The notes below the pieces were generated by a model, which was not told where the DNA came from, did no database searches, and saw nothing but the letters and a program-made list of their open reading frames with translations. 64,000 bases of DNA, taken from contig NIVC01001170.1 of assembly GCA_002269645.1 (NCBI GenBank), positions 227,547 through 291,546 on the forward strand. The letters are read 5' to 3'. Shown in pieces: positions 1 to 13,092 of this stretch; the first letter of the stretch is position 1, and every line of letters begins with the position of its first letter. This stretch comes from Macrostomum lignano (lineage: Eukaryota). The translations under genes and the position numbers were made by a program.

Positions 1-902
1 CGCTACACCTGGCAGTGAGAACGAGGAAGCCGCTATGGAGGTTCCGGACGGGAATGAGCAGCAGCCTATGAATGACCAACAGGAAGCTGGGCTTGCACCG
101 CGCAGGAGCGCGGCGTGCACCTGATTGTTTTGCGCCATGATCTGTTAGTGTTCTAACTCAATTAATTGTATTGGAGTTCTAACTGACAAGGCACTTTGAT
201 GGCTTTGTTTATTCGCTGTGTCGTATAGCAGTCGTAGTCCGTTCATTGCTTTTTGTTATTACTAGCAAAAGCAATGCTTCATCAAGGCATTGATCACTTT
301 TACTACAGCTTCAAACGGTACTCAACCAAAAATGTCCTAGAAATTTCCTATCAAGAATTCAAGCACAGGCTCAGTCCCAGTTTATATTAGCAAACCATCA
401 AGCGGCCTGAGAAACGAGGACTGCGAGATCAAAGATACCTTACGAGAACAGGACCTCTTGAAAGTGCCATGTGCAGGGTATACAGAGATAAATTCTAAGT
501 TGAATTTTAAAACCCTTACCGTCACTCAAGGAGAAGACGATAGAGACATACGAGCAATGGAATTTCTAGCAATAGTCATCAGAGACATAAATGCAACTGG
601 TCTCAAGAGCTTCATATTGGCTTCATAAATTAGCGCGGTATTTATACTTTTTATTTATTAGATTTCTTGCATTTATACGAAGTGTTTTTCTTTCATTAAG
701 AATATCAAATATATAATTTTATCTAAACAGCACCAAAAGAAATTCTAGTGTAGTGAGGTACTGAATTCGCTCAAGATTTCTCTGAGCAGACAGACAAAAA
801 CGCTTTTTTAAAAGCTTAACTTGGCTCCTCCATCCGAAGCTGTCACTTATATAAACAGGCATGACGTCATCAAATCTCGAGCTATCCTGACACTCCGGCC
901 GC

Positions 903-1237
903 TCAGCCGCTCGACCTGTCGTTGCCTTTCTGATTGGACTCTGAAAGTCAAAGTCAAAGGACTCTGTGAAATTTTCTCAGTCACGTGCAACCAAAACAGG
1001 AAATGTGAAAGCAGAAATGCTCAAAGCAACAGCAGTGAGTCACTCACCTCTGACCCGCTCCATCAGGTCCGGATTGGTGATGACGCAGCTGATGCTGGGC
1101 TGCACGAGAACCCTGGCTGAGGCGCCGACCATTCGGCGTAGCATCGCCTTCGACTCTTCGCTCTCGCCCTTGTAGTAGAAGAACCTGAACGGGTCCTTGG
1201 CGACTGGCCTGGCGGATCTGGCTTGCTGGCTGGACAT
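903..1237 (-). CDS. Small two-exon gene, unknown family, copy 1 (exons 1237-1048 and 940-903; 75 aa ending ...MERVR-ESNQKGNDRSSG)
   Basis: ATG at 1237; phase-1 donor AGAG|GTGAGT; acceptor TTTCAG|AG; the 38-nt second exon ends in TGA. The same structure recurs in three other copies and in a diverged paralog at 10113. Confidence 0.7.
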
Positions 1238-1820
1238 TGCTAGCGGCTGAACTGAAGATAATTTGTGCTTAAAACAGTGCGCTCTGCTTAGGCTTGCTTT
1301 TGGCAGCAGAATCTTTCATGCTATAGCCTATAATATATAAGGCCCAATTGATAAACCGTGGAATTCCATGGGATACCCTCATATGCTATTTTTAGATCTT
1401 AGCATAGCGCGCGATTAGTGTACTGTTTTTAAGCAATAATGTGCAACTTTATCAGTGTACGCAGCTGATTGGGCACTCTTGACAATGCAAAAACCCCATC
1501 AAGCCTTGCTTGGAATCTCTTTGGACTTGCATGGAATACTTGCTTGCTTTTTTATTTCTAAATTTGGTAGTAGCTAAGGCTGTTGTGACCAATGGGGTTA
1601 AGCTGTGGAAGCGTCGGGATTAGTCACACAGGGAGAATTCAAATCAATGCAGCGTCATCTCATAGAAGCTCCTGACGAGTGCTCCTGCCCCATGAAGTTT
1701 CTGTCAAAATGCTGCAATAATTCCAGCAGCCTTTTTTCGGTTTATGAAAATTAACCCTAACCATTTCTGCAGTTAAATGAATATTATCATACTCACAGAA
1801 AGGAACTCCTGACTAAAGCT

Positions 1821-2157
1821 TGGCCCATAGACTATGTCACTGTGACATCCAAAGCCATGCTAGCACGAGTATCCAATCACAGCCAACCATCGCTGTTATA
1901 AAAGCCGGGGTTTCACCCATAGAATATGTCACTGTGAAATCCAAAGCCATACTAGCACGAGTATCTAATCACAGCCAACCATCGCTGCTATAAAAGCCGG
2001 GGTTTGGCCCATAGACTATTTCATTCTGACATCCAAAGCCAGCTACGAATATCCAATTAGACAACCATCGCTAATACAAAGCCGGGGTTCGGCCTATAGA
2101 ATATGTCACTGTGACATCCAAAGCGATGCAGCCACGAGTATCCAATCACAGCCAACA
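1821..2157. repeat. Tandem repeat of about 90 bp, about 4 diverged copies
   Basis: GGCCCATAGACTATGTCACTGTGACATCCAAAGCC...AAAGCCGGGGTTT recurs near 1822, 1916, 2006 and 2091. Confidence 0.85.
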
Positions 2158-3052
2158 AACTCAATACCAGACTAATTAAACCCTCATTTTATGCTATTAG
2201 CATATGACAGCCGATTAAACTTAACATCAACAGCTACACTCCCTCTTTGAAACTCTGAGAAAACTTGACCATATGGGTTTTGGGTGTTCACTTACGCTTT
2301 TCTTATCAGAACATTTAATCGGTGAACGTGTTAGTAAGCGATAAAAGGCAAGCCAACTGCGAATGCTTATTTAAAGTAGAACTATCAATCTGGAAAATAC
2401 ACTCTACCATTTTTCGCAGCCTTAGTCGATGAATTTAATTCAATTTAACCTGTGTTGCAGTTTAGATTAACAAGTAATAAACTGATCTGCAAAACAATAA
2501 GGACTGCGAGACCATAAGGATCCTTTACTTGAACAGGGCCAGCTCAAAGTGCCATTTGGGAGTAGAAAGTGAAGTTCACTTCCTGCTCAAGTGTAATTGG
2601 AACTCCCCATGATAAACTCGAACAGATCAAAGAGAATAAAGTATTGTACTCGTAAAGACGTAATGAAAATTCTAACAAAATTCATTAAAGAACATGACAC
2701 AAGACGGAATGCTTTGAGCCTTGAGATTGAGATTTTATCTCCCGTTTCGTCGGAAAACACTTTGATTTAATAGCTTTTTTATTTACATTTTTCTTTCATT
2801 TTCTAATACTTAATTATGAGTTCGAAAAAAAATCATAAATTATACACATATGCAAGCATAAAATAAATAAATTTATCTATGCAACACAGAAAGCAATCAT
2901 AGTGTGTAGTGAGATGTTGAATTTGCTCAAAATTTCCCTGAGCAGAGCAATGAACACTGGTCTAAAAGCTGAACACTTGGTTCCTCAATCCGAAGCTGTC
3001 ACTCATAAATAGACATGCGTAATATCTCGAGCTATCCTGACACTCCAGTCGC

Positions 3053-3375
3053 TCAGCCGCTCGACCTGCTGGTGCCCTTCTGGTCAGACTCTGCAAGTCA
3101 GCGGTGTGAAATTGTCTCAGTTAGATTGCAACTGAAACAGGAAATCTAAAAGCAGAAATGCTCAAGGCAGCTGTGAGTCACTCACCTCTGACCCGCTCCA
3201 TCAGGTCCGGATTGGTGATGACGCAGCTGATGCTGGGCTGCACGAGAACCCTGGCTGAGGCGCCGACCATTCGGCGTAGCATCGCCTTCGACTCTTCGCT
3301 CTCGCCCTTGTAGTAGAAGAACCTGAACGGGTCCTTGGCGACTGGCCTGGCGGATCTGGCTTGCTGGCTGGACAT
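3053..3375 (-). CDS. Small two-exon gene, copy 2 (exons 3375-3186 and 3090-3053; 75 aa ending ESDQKGTSRSSG)
   Basis: Exon 1 reads identical to copy 1; GTGAGT donor; CTTGCAG acceptor; TGA at 3055-3053. Confidence 0.7.
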
Positions 3376-3735
3376 TGCTAGCGATTTGAGTTGCTGCAAC
3401 AATTGCTGCTTCAAGAAGAGGATGGTTCTTTAGTTTGTTGATGAGAGTTCAAAGTCGTGAACTCAGTTTATTTATGCTGAAGCGATGGCGAGTCTTGGGC
3501 CGCACCTCGGCAAAACCCGCGAATTTCGCAATGTGTGGGCGAGGGAATTCCGTGGGCGCGAAGTAGCTAAAAATAGAAACAGCTGTAATGACTGACCGTG
3601 GCAAATTTTTCGCTCTGCAATTTTCGCTTTCATTCAGCGAAACTCATGAATAAATAAAACCGGGTTTACTCAGACAGAACTGGCTAGCCATAGGCTTAGA
3701 ATCATTCGGATAAACCAAGAGATATGCAAGGTTCG

Positions 3736-3736
<1 letters not shown>

Positions 3737-3827
<91 letters not shown>

Positions 3828-3830
3828 CTC

Positions 3831-3903
<73 letters not shown>

Positions 3904-3970
3904 CTAAGACAGACAGACAGACAGACAGACAGACACTAAGACAGACAGACAGACAGACACTAAGACAGAA

Positions 3971-4019
<49 letters not shown>

Positions 4020-4046
4020 CTAAGACAGACAGACAGACAGACACTA

Positions 4047-4123
<77 letters not shown>

Positions 4124-4124
4124 T

Positions 4125-4203
<79 letters not shown>

Positions 4204-4216
4204 CTAAGACAGACAG
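3737..4216. repeat. (GACA)n microsatellite with CACTAA interruptions
   Basis: Directly visible; source of the LSVC and DRQT pseudo-ORFs. Confidence 0.98.
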
Positions 4217-4627
4217 GGAGACTTACCTTCACACGAGCGCAGTTAACTAAATGCGCACTTCCTTACAGCCTTCCTGTGGGTGAACACGAGCTCTGTGCAT
4301 GGAGCAGGGGTTTGGGGTGCCCCAACTTAAAATCCAAGCTGATGCGTTGCAATGAGTCAGACGAAAGTTTCCAAGCTACATTTCCAGATGTCTCTCGGTA
4401 CAACAAGTCGAACTACGTAGCTAATTTGAGCAATTATGCAGCAAAGAGATCTTAGCAACGATTCAACAGAGCATGTAGCCATTTATTATGGGCACAGTAA
4501 GCATGTGGATTATCCAAACATTTATTGATACGCGCATCTCAGAGATTGCAAGCAGCTAGCAAGGTGTTGTCTGGTGATAAGATATTCTGTAGCTGACTCG
4601 CTTGAATGCTGCTAGTAGGGACTGAAC

Positions 4628-5248
4628 CAGTGCCAGTCACTTCGATCTCAATCTATAGTCAGTGCCAGTCACTTCGATCTCAATCTATAGTCAGTGCCAG
4701 TCACTCCGATCTCAATCTATAGTCAGTGCCAGTCACTCCAATCTCAATCTACAGTCAGTGCCAGTCACTCCGATCTCAATCTACAGTCAGTGCCAGTCAC
4801 TCTGATCTCAATCTACAGTCAGTGCCAGTCACTCCAATCTCAATCTACAGTCAGTGCCAGTCACTCCAATCTCAATCTACAGTCAGTGCCAGTCACTCTG
4901 ATCTCAATCTACAGTCAGTGCCAGTCACTCTGATCTCAATCTACAGTCAGTGCCAGTCACTCTGATCCCAATCTACAGTCAGTGAAAGTCACTCCGATCT
5001 CAATCTATAGTCAGTGCCAGTCACTCTGATCTCAATCTATAGTCAGTGCCAGTCACTCCAATCTCAATCTACAGTCAGTGAAAGTCACTCCAATCTCAAT
5101 CTACAGTCGGTGAAAGTCACTCCAATCTCAATCTACAGTCAGTGAAAGTCACTCCGATCTCAATCTATTGTCAGTAAAAGTCACTCCGATCTCAATCTAT
5201 AGTCAGTGCCAGTCACTCCAATCTCAATCTACAGTCAGTGCCAGTGAC
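4628..5248. repeat. 32-bp minisatellite (AGTCAGTGCCAGTCACTCCGATCTCAATCTAC), about 19 copies
   Basis: Directly visible; reverse-complement copy at 12500-13092. Confidence 0.97.
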
Positions 5249-5571
5249 TTCGCCAATTATTTTTTTTCACTACAAGCTAAAACTTTTAGAAAGTATTTTA
5301 GAATAACGGACTTGTTGCCAAGAAAGCGAAAAGAAGAAATTATTGACGTATTGAAAATCCAATACTGCAATAAAAGCAATGTTACTCAGGCCAAGGAATT
5401 TATTGTTCATACATTTTATAAGCAGAGATGAGTCCGAGTCTGTACAGAGCAGTGCTCAGCTTGAGCAGAGAAAGCATTTATTTGACTCAATGCGTTTCCA
5501 TTGTAAGCTATTGTCATTTGAAATCTATGCACAAACAGGCATGACATCATATCCGGGATGTCCTCCGGCGC

Positions 5572-5894
5572 TCAGCCGCTCGACCTGACGTTGCCCTTCT
5601 GGTCAGACTCTGCAAGTCAGCGGTGTGAAATTGTCTCAGTCAGGTGCAGCCAAAAACAGGAAATCTAAAAGCAGAAATGCTCAAAGCAGCTGTGAGTCAC
5701 TCACCTCTGACCCGCTCCATCAGGTCCGGATTGGTGATGACGCAGCTGATGCTGGGCTGCACGAGAACCCTGGCTGAGGCGCCGACCATTCGGCGTAGCA
5801 TCGCCTTCGACTCTTCGCTCTCGCCCTTGTAGTAGAAGAACCTGAACGAGTCCTTGGCGACTGGCCTGGCGGATCTGGCTTGCTGGCTGGACAT
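5572..5894 (-). CDS. Small two-exon gene, copy 3 (exons 5894-5705 and 5609-5572; 75 aa, KDSF instead of KDPF)
   Basis: Same splice sites and stop as the other copies; one nonsynonymous change in exon 1. Confidence 0.68.
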
Positions 5895-6364
5895 TGTTGA
5901 CGGTGGCTTGTAAATTAATTTGCGGTGGCTTTGAATTGAAGCTTCTGAGTCTCCTGGAGCTGGTTCATGGATTTACAGTCGGTGTGAGATCTTGTATTTA
6001 TAAGCATTTCCCTATTAGGTTCTACCGCGTAAAAGCAATTCGTAATTGCTAAAAATAGCATCCTATGGATTCCCCGGTGTACACTGCATAGCATTTACAC
6101 TCCGCCCTCAGGGTACAGGGTTACAGGGTACGACCTACTAAAAACTGTGTACTACCTTGTAGTAGATATAGCTATGGCGAAATATTTATTTTTATGCATT
6201 AATTGTTATTTCTGACTGGGTACGATTTTTTAGTAAACATTTAGGCTGTTGCAATAGTAACGAGAATGTTTTTGCAATATTCAGTATTTTATATAGCGTT
6301 TGAGTGCTTTCTCCTTGATTAACCAATTCTTGCACGAAGTTCACGCGCTGCATTTTGTTGAATA

Positions 6365-6947
6365 GTCTCTGAGGTCACTCTCTGTTTTTCATGGGGTAGA
6401 CTCTGAGGTCACTCTCTTTGTTCATGGGATGGACTCTGGGGTCACTCTCTGTTTTTCATGGGATAGACTCTGAGGTCACTCTCTGTTTTTCATGGGATGG
6501 ACTCTGAGGTCACTCTCTGTTTTTCATGGGATAGACTCTAAGGTCACTCTCTGTTTTTCATGGGATGGACTCTGAGGTCACTCTCTGTGTTTCATGGGGT
6601 AGACTCTGAGGTCACTCTCTTTGTTTCATGGGATGGACTCTGAGGTCACTCTCTGTGTTTCATGGGATAGACTCTAAGGTCACCCTCTTTGTTTCATGGG
6701 ATAGACTCTAAGGTCACCCTCTTTGTTTCATGGGGTAGACTCTGAGGTCACTCTGTGTTTCATGGGGTAGACTCTGAGGTCACTCTCTGTGTTTCATGGG
6801 GTAGACTCTGAGGTCACTCTCTTTGTTTCATGGGGTAGACTCTGAGGTCACTCTCTGTGTTTCATGGGGTAGACTCTGAGGTCACTCTCTGTGTTTCATG
6901 GGGTAGACTCTGAGGTCACTCTCTGTGTTTCATGGGGTAGACTCATG
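6365..6947. repeat. Minisatellite of about 34-35 bp (GACTCTGAGGTCACTCTCTGTGTTTCATGGGGTA)
   Basis: Directly visible tandem array. Confidence 0.96.
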
Positions 6948-7189
6948 GGATAATGATGGTGCATTTTCATATTTACTAATCAATATTTCTATACAAAACG
7001 CGGTAGTACCTTCGTCAGAAGCGCGAATAAGTGGTACTACTGCGTTAGTGTTATAGTGCACTGGTAAACCCACGTCTGGAAAGTGTAAGGTCTAAAAATA
7101 GAACCAGGAAGTACCCTGTGAGGTCAGTAGCAGCTGGCGACAGTTCTACACCAAATTCTTGTGTTTTAAATAGCCTTGGTTATCTGCTG

Positions 7190-8360
7190 AGGGGTTTGAA
7201 GGTCTCCTGATAAAGGGTTTGAAGGTCTCCTGATAAAGGGTTTGAAGGTCTCCTGATAAAGGGTTTGAACGTCTCCTGATGAAGGGTTTGAAGGTCTCCT
7301 GATGAAGGGTTTGAACGTCTCCTGATGAAGGGTTTGAAGGTCTCCTGATGAAGGGTTTGAACGTCTCCTGATGAAGGGTTTGAACGTCTCCTGATGAATG
7401 GTTTGAAGGTCTCCTGATGAATGGTTTGAACTTCTCCTGCTGAAGGGTTTGAAGGTCTCCTGATGAATGGTTTGAACGTCTCCTGATAAAGGATTTGAAC
7501 GTCTCCTGATAAAGGGTTTGAACGTCTCCTGATGAAGGGTTTGAAGGTCTCCTGATGAAGGGTTTGAACGTCTCCTGATGAAGGGTTTGAACGTCTCCTG
7601 ATAAAGGATTTGAACGTCTCCTGATAAAGGGTTTGAACGTCTCCTGATGAAGGGTTTGAAGGTCTCCTGATGAAGGGTTTGAACGTCTCCTGATGAAGGG
7701 TTTGAAGGTCTCCTGATGAATGGTTTGAAGGTCTCCTGATGAATGGTTTGAACTTCTCCTGATGAAGGGTTTGAAGGTCTCCTGATGAATGGTTTGAAGG
7801 TCTCCTGATGAAGGGTTTGAAGGTCTCCTGATGAATGGTTTGAACGTCTCCTGATAAAGGGTTTGAAGGTTTCATGATGAAGGGTTTGAAAGTCTCCTGA
7901 TGAAGGGCCTGAAGGTTTCATGATGAAGGGTTTGAAGGTTTCATGATGAAGGGCCTGAAGGTTTCATGATGAAGGGTTTGAAGGTTTCATGATGAAGGGT
8001 TTGAAGGTTTCATGATGAAGGGTTTGAAGGTCTCCTGATGAAGGGTTTGAAGGTTTCATGATGAAGGATTTGAAGGTTTCATGATGAAGGGCTTGAAGGT
8101 TTCATGATGAAGGATTTGAAGGTTTCATGATGAAGGGCTTGAAGGTTTCATGATGAAGGATTTGAAGGTTTCATGATGAAGGGCTTGAAGGTTTCATGAT
8201 GAAGGATTTGAAGGTTTCATGATGAAGGGCTTGAAGGTTTCATGATGAAGGGTTTGAAGGTTTCATGATGAAGGGCTTGAAGGTTTCATGATGAAGGATT
8301 TGAAGGTTTCATGATGAAGGGCTTGAAGGTTTCATGATGAAGGGTTTGAAAGTCTCCTGG
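7190..8360. repeat. 23-bp minisatellite (GAAGGGTTTGAAGGTCTCCTGAT), about 50 copies, two variant domains
   Basis: Directly visible; GTCTCC variant on the left, GTTTCA variant on the right. Confidence 0.97.
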
Positions 8361-8897
8361 TCCGAATGGTCTGAGTTCACCTCAGGAAATTCCTGAAGGG
8401 CTATCTGTGAATTCTAAAGTCTGGGTTGGAAGTGTTTTAGCCCACACTTACAAAGAATTTCGAATTTATAAAATGATGTCATAACTAACACAGCTAGCTA
8501 ATAGAGTACTTGGCTTTGAAAAAATTGCTTTAAAAGTTGTTATAGTTTGTTTCTTAAAGAAAAACTACTGGTCTGTTTACAGCAAAAAGCACGAGCCCTC
8601 AAAGCACAAGTTCTATCTGACTTAAAATGTCAGCATTGTCTTTGAGCCTTGGCATCTCAGTTATTAGAAAGATATAAAGCCATTAGTGATCTTCAATGGC
8701 CTCAACGAGAAGCCGCTAAGCTGATAGCATTCCTACAAGGCAGTAGCCATTTCTGGATTGGATCATAGCCAAAAATAAAATAGGGACTAAGTACTACCTT
8801 GTACCATAAGACTGTAGATACGAGCATTGCATTGATCCACGGTGTGCTAAAAATAGAACAGGGTATTACCTAGTAATATACACAGGGTGCTGCCTAT

Positions 8898-9827
<930 letters not shown>

Positions 9828-10112
9828 GAATTTATAAAGACACTTTATTATCTCAATGCAACAACAAGACTGCAAGGCCAGATTCTACAAGGCAGTGCCC
9901 TGTTTCTCCCCAAGCCGAGTGAATTGTGTTAGCCCCAACACGGCACCGGCGTCACTCACCGAAATGAGGTCTCAGATAGCGCACAGTGGGACCAGAATAC
10001 GAGGTAGTGCCCAGTTTCAAGTGGGTTCAATACGCACTGCAGCTGCCTGGGCCAAGAAGCTTAGACAGTCGTTCGTTAGTTCGCTGTTCACGCCCTGACG
10101 AAGGACAGCAAA

Positions 10113-10925
10113 ATGGCTGGTAAGCAACCACGCGATCCGTTCAAAGATTTCTATATGCCAGGTGAAAGCGAGGAGTCCAAGGAGGAGCTCAGGAGAAATA
10201 CTGCAGCAACTGCTACTCAACTGGTTCAGCCTACGCCGTCTGCAATTTTTACTAATCCTGAGCTCATTGCCAAGATTGAAGCAGGTAGAATGCGTTGGTT
10301 TCCATTCTGTCCTGTCCTGTCCTGTCCTGTCCTGTCCTGTCCTGTCCTCTCCTGTCCTGTCCTGTCCTCTCCTGTCCTCTCCTGTCCTGTCCTCTCCTGT
10401 CCTGTCCTATCCTGTCCTGTCCTGACCTGTCCTGTCCTGTCCTGTCCTCTCCTGTCCTGTCCTGTCCTGTCCTGTCCTGTCCTGTCCTGTCCTGTCCTGT
10501 CCTGTCCTGTCCTGTCCTGTCCTATCCTGTCCTGTCCTGTCCTGTCCTGTCCTCTCCTGTCCTGTCCTGTCCTGTCCTGTCCTCTCCTGTCCTCTCCTGT
10601 CCTGTCCTGTCCTCTCCTGTCCTCTCCTGTCCTGTCCTGTCCTGTCCTCTCCTGTCCTGTCCTGTCCTGTCCTGTCCTGTCCTGTCCTCTCCTGTCCTCT
10701 CCTGTCCTGTCCTGTCCTCTCCTGTCCTCTCCTGTCCTGTCCTCTCCTTTCATGTCCTGTCCTGATATAATCCGTTCATTTTTGCACGGATCGACATACC
10801 AAGAAACAATCAAACTTATTTCAGCAAAGAAGGAGAAAGCAGAGCAAGAGAAGCAACAGCAGGAGCAGACTAAGCCAAAATACTCAACCGGAAGTAGTGG
10901 GAGCTCCTCTGGCAAAACAAATTGA
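10113..10925 (+). CDS. Diverged paralog of the small gene family (exons 10113-10284 and 10825-10925; 90 aa, MAGKQPRDPF...ELIAKIEA-AKKEKAEQEKQQQEQTKPKYSTGSSGSSSGKTN)
   Basis: 26/44 gapless amino-acid identities to the 75-aa copies (DPF..FY..GESEESK..LRR...LVQP..S...TNP.L) with many synonymous differences; phase-1 donor GCAG|GTAGAA at nearly the same position; acceptor TTATTTCAG. Confidence 0.75.
   Translation: MAGKQPRDPFKDFYMPGESEESKEELRRNTAATATQLVQPTPSAIFTNPELIAKIEAGRMRWFPFCPVLSCPVLSCPVLSCPVLSSPVLSCPVLSCPVLSCPVLTCPVLSCPLLSCPVLSCPVLSCPVLSCPVLSCPILSCPVLSCPLLSCPVLSCPLLSSPVLSCPLLSSPVLSCPVLSCPVLSCPVLSCPLLSSPVLSCPLLSSPVLSSPFMSCPDIIRSFLHGSTYQETIKLISAKKEKAEQEKQQQEQTKPKYSTGSSGSSSGKTN
10306..10762. 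repeat. (CTGTC)n pentanucleotide microsatellite within the intron of the paralog
   Basis: Directly visible. Confidence 0.98.
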
Positions 10926-11202
10926 TGATTCGAGCGGTCCACAAATACTGACATCAAGCCTTATGGCTCACATACTTTGCTGAATAATATTTGATCTACC
11001 ATTTAATTCAATTTGGTGAATTCACGAAGTCCAGATAATTGTTTGTGCTTTTTCTTAATTAGCGACCAAATTTTGCATACATTTTTTACCGAATACAAAC
11101 TGTGCAAATCTGCTTTAGAATGTTTCCAATTTGACAGACAAAGCAAAAAGGAATTATTTGTGATTAAGGGGCCAACAAGCACCTCTGTGAATCTAAGAAT
11201 CA

Positions 11203-11432
11203 TAGGGTGTCTGTCCTTGAGAATGGGAGCTTGGGTGTCTGTCCTTGAGAATGGGAGCTAGGGTGTCTGTCCTTGAGAATGGGAGCTAGGGTGTCTGTCC
11301 CTGAGAATGGGAGCTAGGGTGTCTGTCCTTGAGAATGGGAGCTTGGGTGTCTGTCCTTGAGAATGGGAGCTAGGGTGTCTGTCCGTGAGAATGGGAGAGT
11401 GTCCGTCCCTGAGAATGGGAGAGTGTCTGTCT
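11203..11432. repeat. 28-bp minisatellite (TAGGGTGTCTGTCCTTGAGAATGGGAGC), about 8 copies
   Basis: Directly visible. Confidence 0.95.
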
Positions 11433-11480
11433 GTCACCCTGCAAATCTCTTGGTCTTTCCGAATGATTCCAAAGTCATCC

Positions 11481-11662
11481 ATATACTAAAAATGAAAATC
11501 TTGCTTGTATGTTTGTACGAAATCGATTTTCTCCTGAATGGCTTAACCGATTTTCATGAGACTTGCACTGTTCAATCAGAAACAGTGCTTAGAAGAAACA
11601 AAAGCGAAAATTGAAGAGCAAAATACTTGCTACGGTCAGTCATTACAGCTGTTTCTATTTTT
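11481..11662 (-). mobile_element. Short non-autonomous Helentron/HINE-like element
   Basis: The reverse complement ends GTGCAAGTCTCATGAAAATCGGTTAAGCC...CAAGCAAGATTTTCATTTTTAGTATAT, matching the element end at 44650-44735. Its other end, TAGAAACAGCTGTAATGACTGACCG, matches 3574 onward. Confidence 0.6.
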
Positions 11663-11868
11663 ACGTAGCTACGAGCGTACTTTATAACCCACGGAATTCC
11701 CGCGCTCACACATTGCAAAGTGCGCTGGTTTTTCCGAGGTGCAGCCGAAGACTCGCCATCGCTTCAGCATAAATAAATTCTGTTCGAAACTTTGAACTCT
11801 CATAAAAAAACTGAAGAATCATCTTCTTCAAGAAGCAGCAATTGTTGCAGCAACTCAAATCGCTAGCA

Positions 11869-12191
11869 ATGTCCAGCCAGCAAGCCAGATCCGCCAGGCC
11901 AGTCGCCAAGGACCCGTTCAGGTTCTTCTACTACAAGGGCGAGAGCGAAGAGTCGAAGGCGATGCTACGCCGAATGGTCGGCGCCTCAGCCAGGGTTCTC
12001 GTGCAGCCCAGCATCAGCTGCGTCATCACCAATCCGGACCTGATGGAGCGGGTCAGAGGTGAGTGACTCACTGCTGCTTTGAGCATTTCTGCTTTTAGAT
12101 TTCCTGTTTTTGGCTGCACCTGACTGAGACAATCTCACACCGCTGACTTGCAGAGTCTGACCAGAAGGGCAACGTCAGGTCGAGCGGCTGA
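11869..12191 (+). CDS. Small two-exon gene, copy 4 (exons 11869-12058 and 12154-12191; 75 aa ending ESDQKGNVRSSG)
   Basis: ATG at 11869; AGAG|GTGAGT donor; 95-nt intron; CTTGCAG acceptor; TGA at 12189-12191. Confidence 0.72.
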
Positions 12192-12499
12192 GCGCCGGAG
12201 GACATCCCGGATATGATGTCATGCCTGTTTGTGCATAGATTTCAAATGACAATAGCTTACAATAGAAACGCATTGAGTCAAATAAATGCTTTCTCTGCTC
12301 AAGCTGAGCACTGCTCTGTACAGACTCGGACTCATCTCTGCTTATAAAATGTATGAACAATAAATTCCTTGGCCTGAGTAACATTGCTTTTATTGCAGTA
12401 TTGGATTTTTTCTAGTCTTCGAAAAAAAATTTGTTTTTTCTTGGCGACTGTAACTACTTTCTAATAGTTTTAGCTTGTGGTGAAATAGCTAATTGGCGA

Positions 12500-13092
12500 A
12501 GTCACTGGCGCTGACTGTAGATTGAGATCGGAGTGACTGGCACTGACTGTAGATTGAGATCGGAGTGACTGGCACTGACTATAGATTGAAATCGGAGTGA
12601 TTGGAACTGACAATAGATTGAGATCGGAGTGACTTTCACTGACTGTAGATTGAGATTGGAGTGACTTTCACCGACTGTAGATTGAGATTGGAGTGACTGG
12701 CACTGACTATAGATTGAGATTGGAGTGACTGGCACTGACTATAGATTGAGATTGGAGTGACATTCACTGACTGTAGATTGAGATTGGAGTGACTTTCACT
12801 GACTGTAGATTGAGATTGGAGTGACTTTCACCGACTGTAGATTGAGATCGGAGTGACTTTCACTGACTGTAGATTGAGATTGGAGTGACTGGCACTGACT
12901 ATAGATTGAGATTGGAGTGACATTCACTGACTGTAGATTGAGATCGGAGTGACTGACATTGACTGTAGATTGAGATTGGAGTGAGTTTCACTGACTGTAG
13001 ATTGAGATAGGAGTGACTGGCACTGACTATAGATTGAGATTGGAGTGACTGGCACTGACTATAGATTGAGATCGAAGTGACCGGCACTGACT
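12500..13092. repeat. 32-bp minisatellite, inverted copy of 4628-5248
   Basis: GACTGTAGATTGAGATCGGAGTGACTGGCACT units. Confidence 0.97.

Noticed and set aside
1-630. Open frames at the window start (ending APRRSAACT) and at 390-630
   Set aside because: Possibly a retroelement tail or an exon, but truncated and without a diagnostic motif.
3567-8856. MEF2 enhancer cluster
   Set aside because: The matches equal the MEF2 consensus, but the motif also forms the end of a repeat element and precedes satellites; there is no functional evidence.
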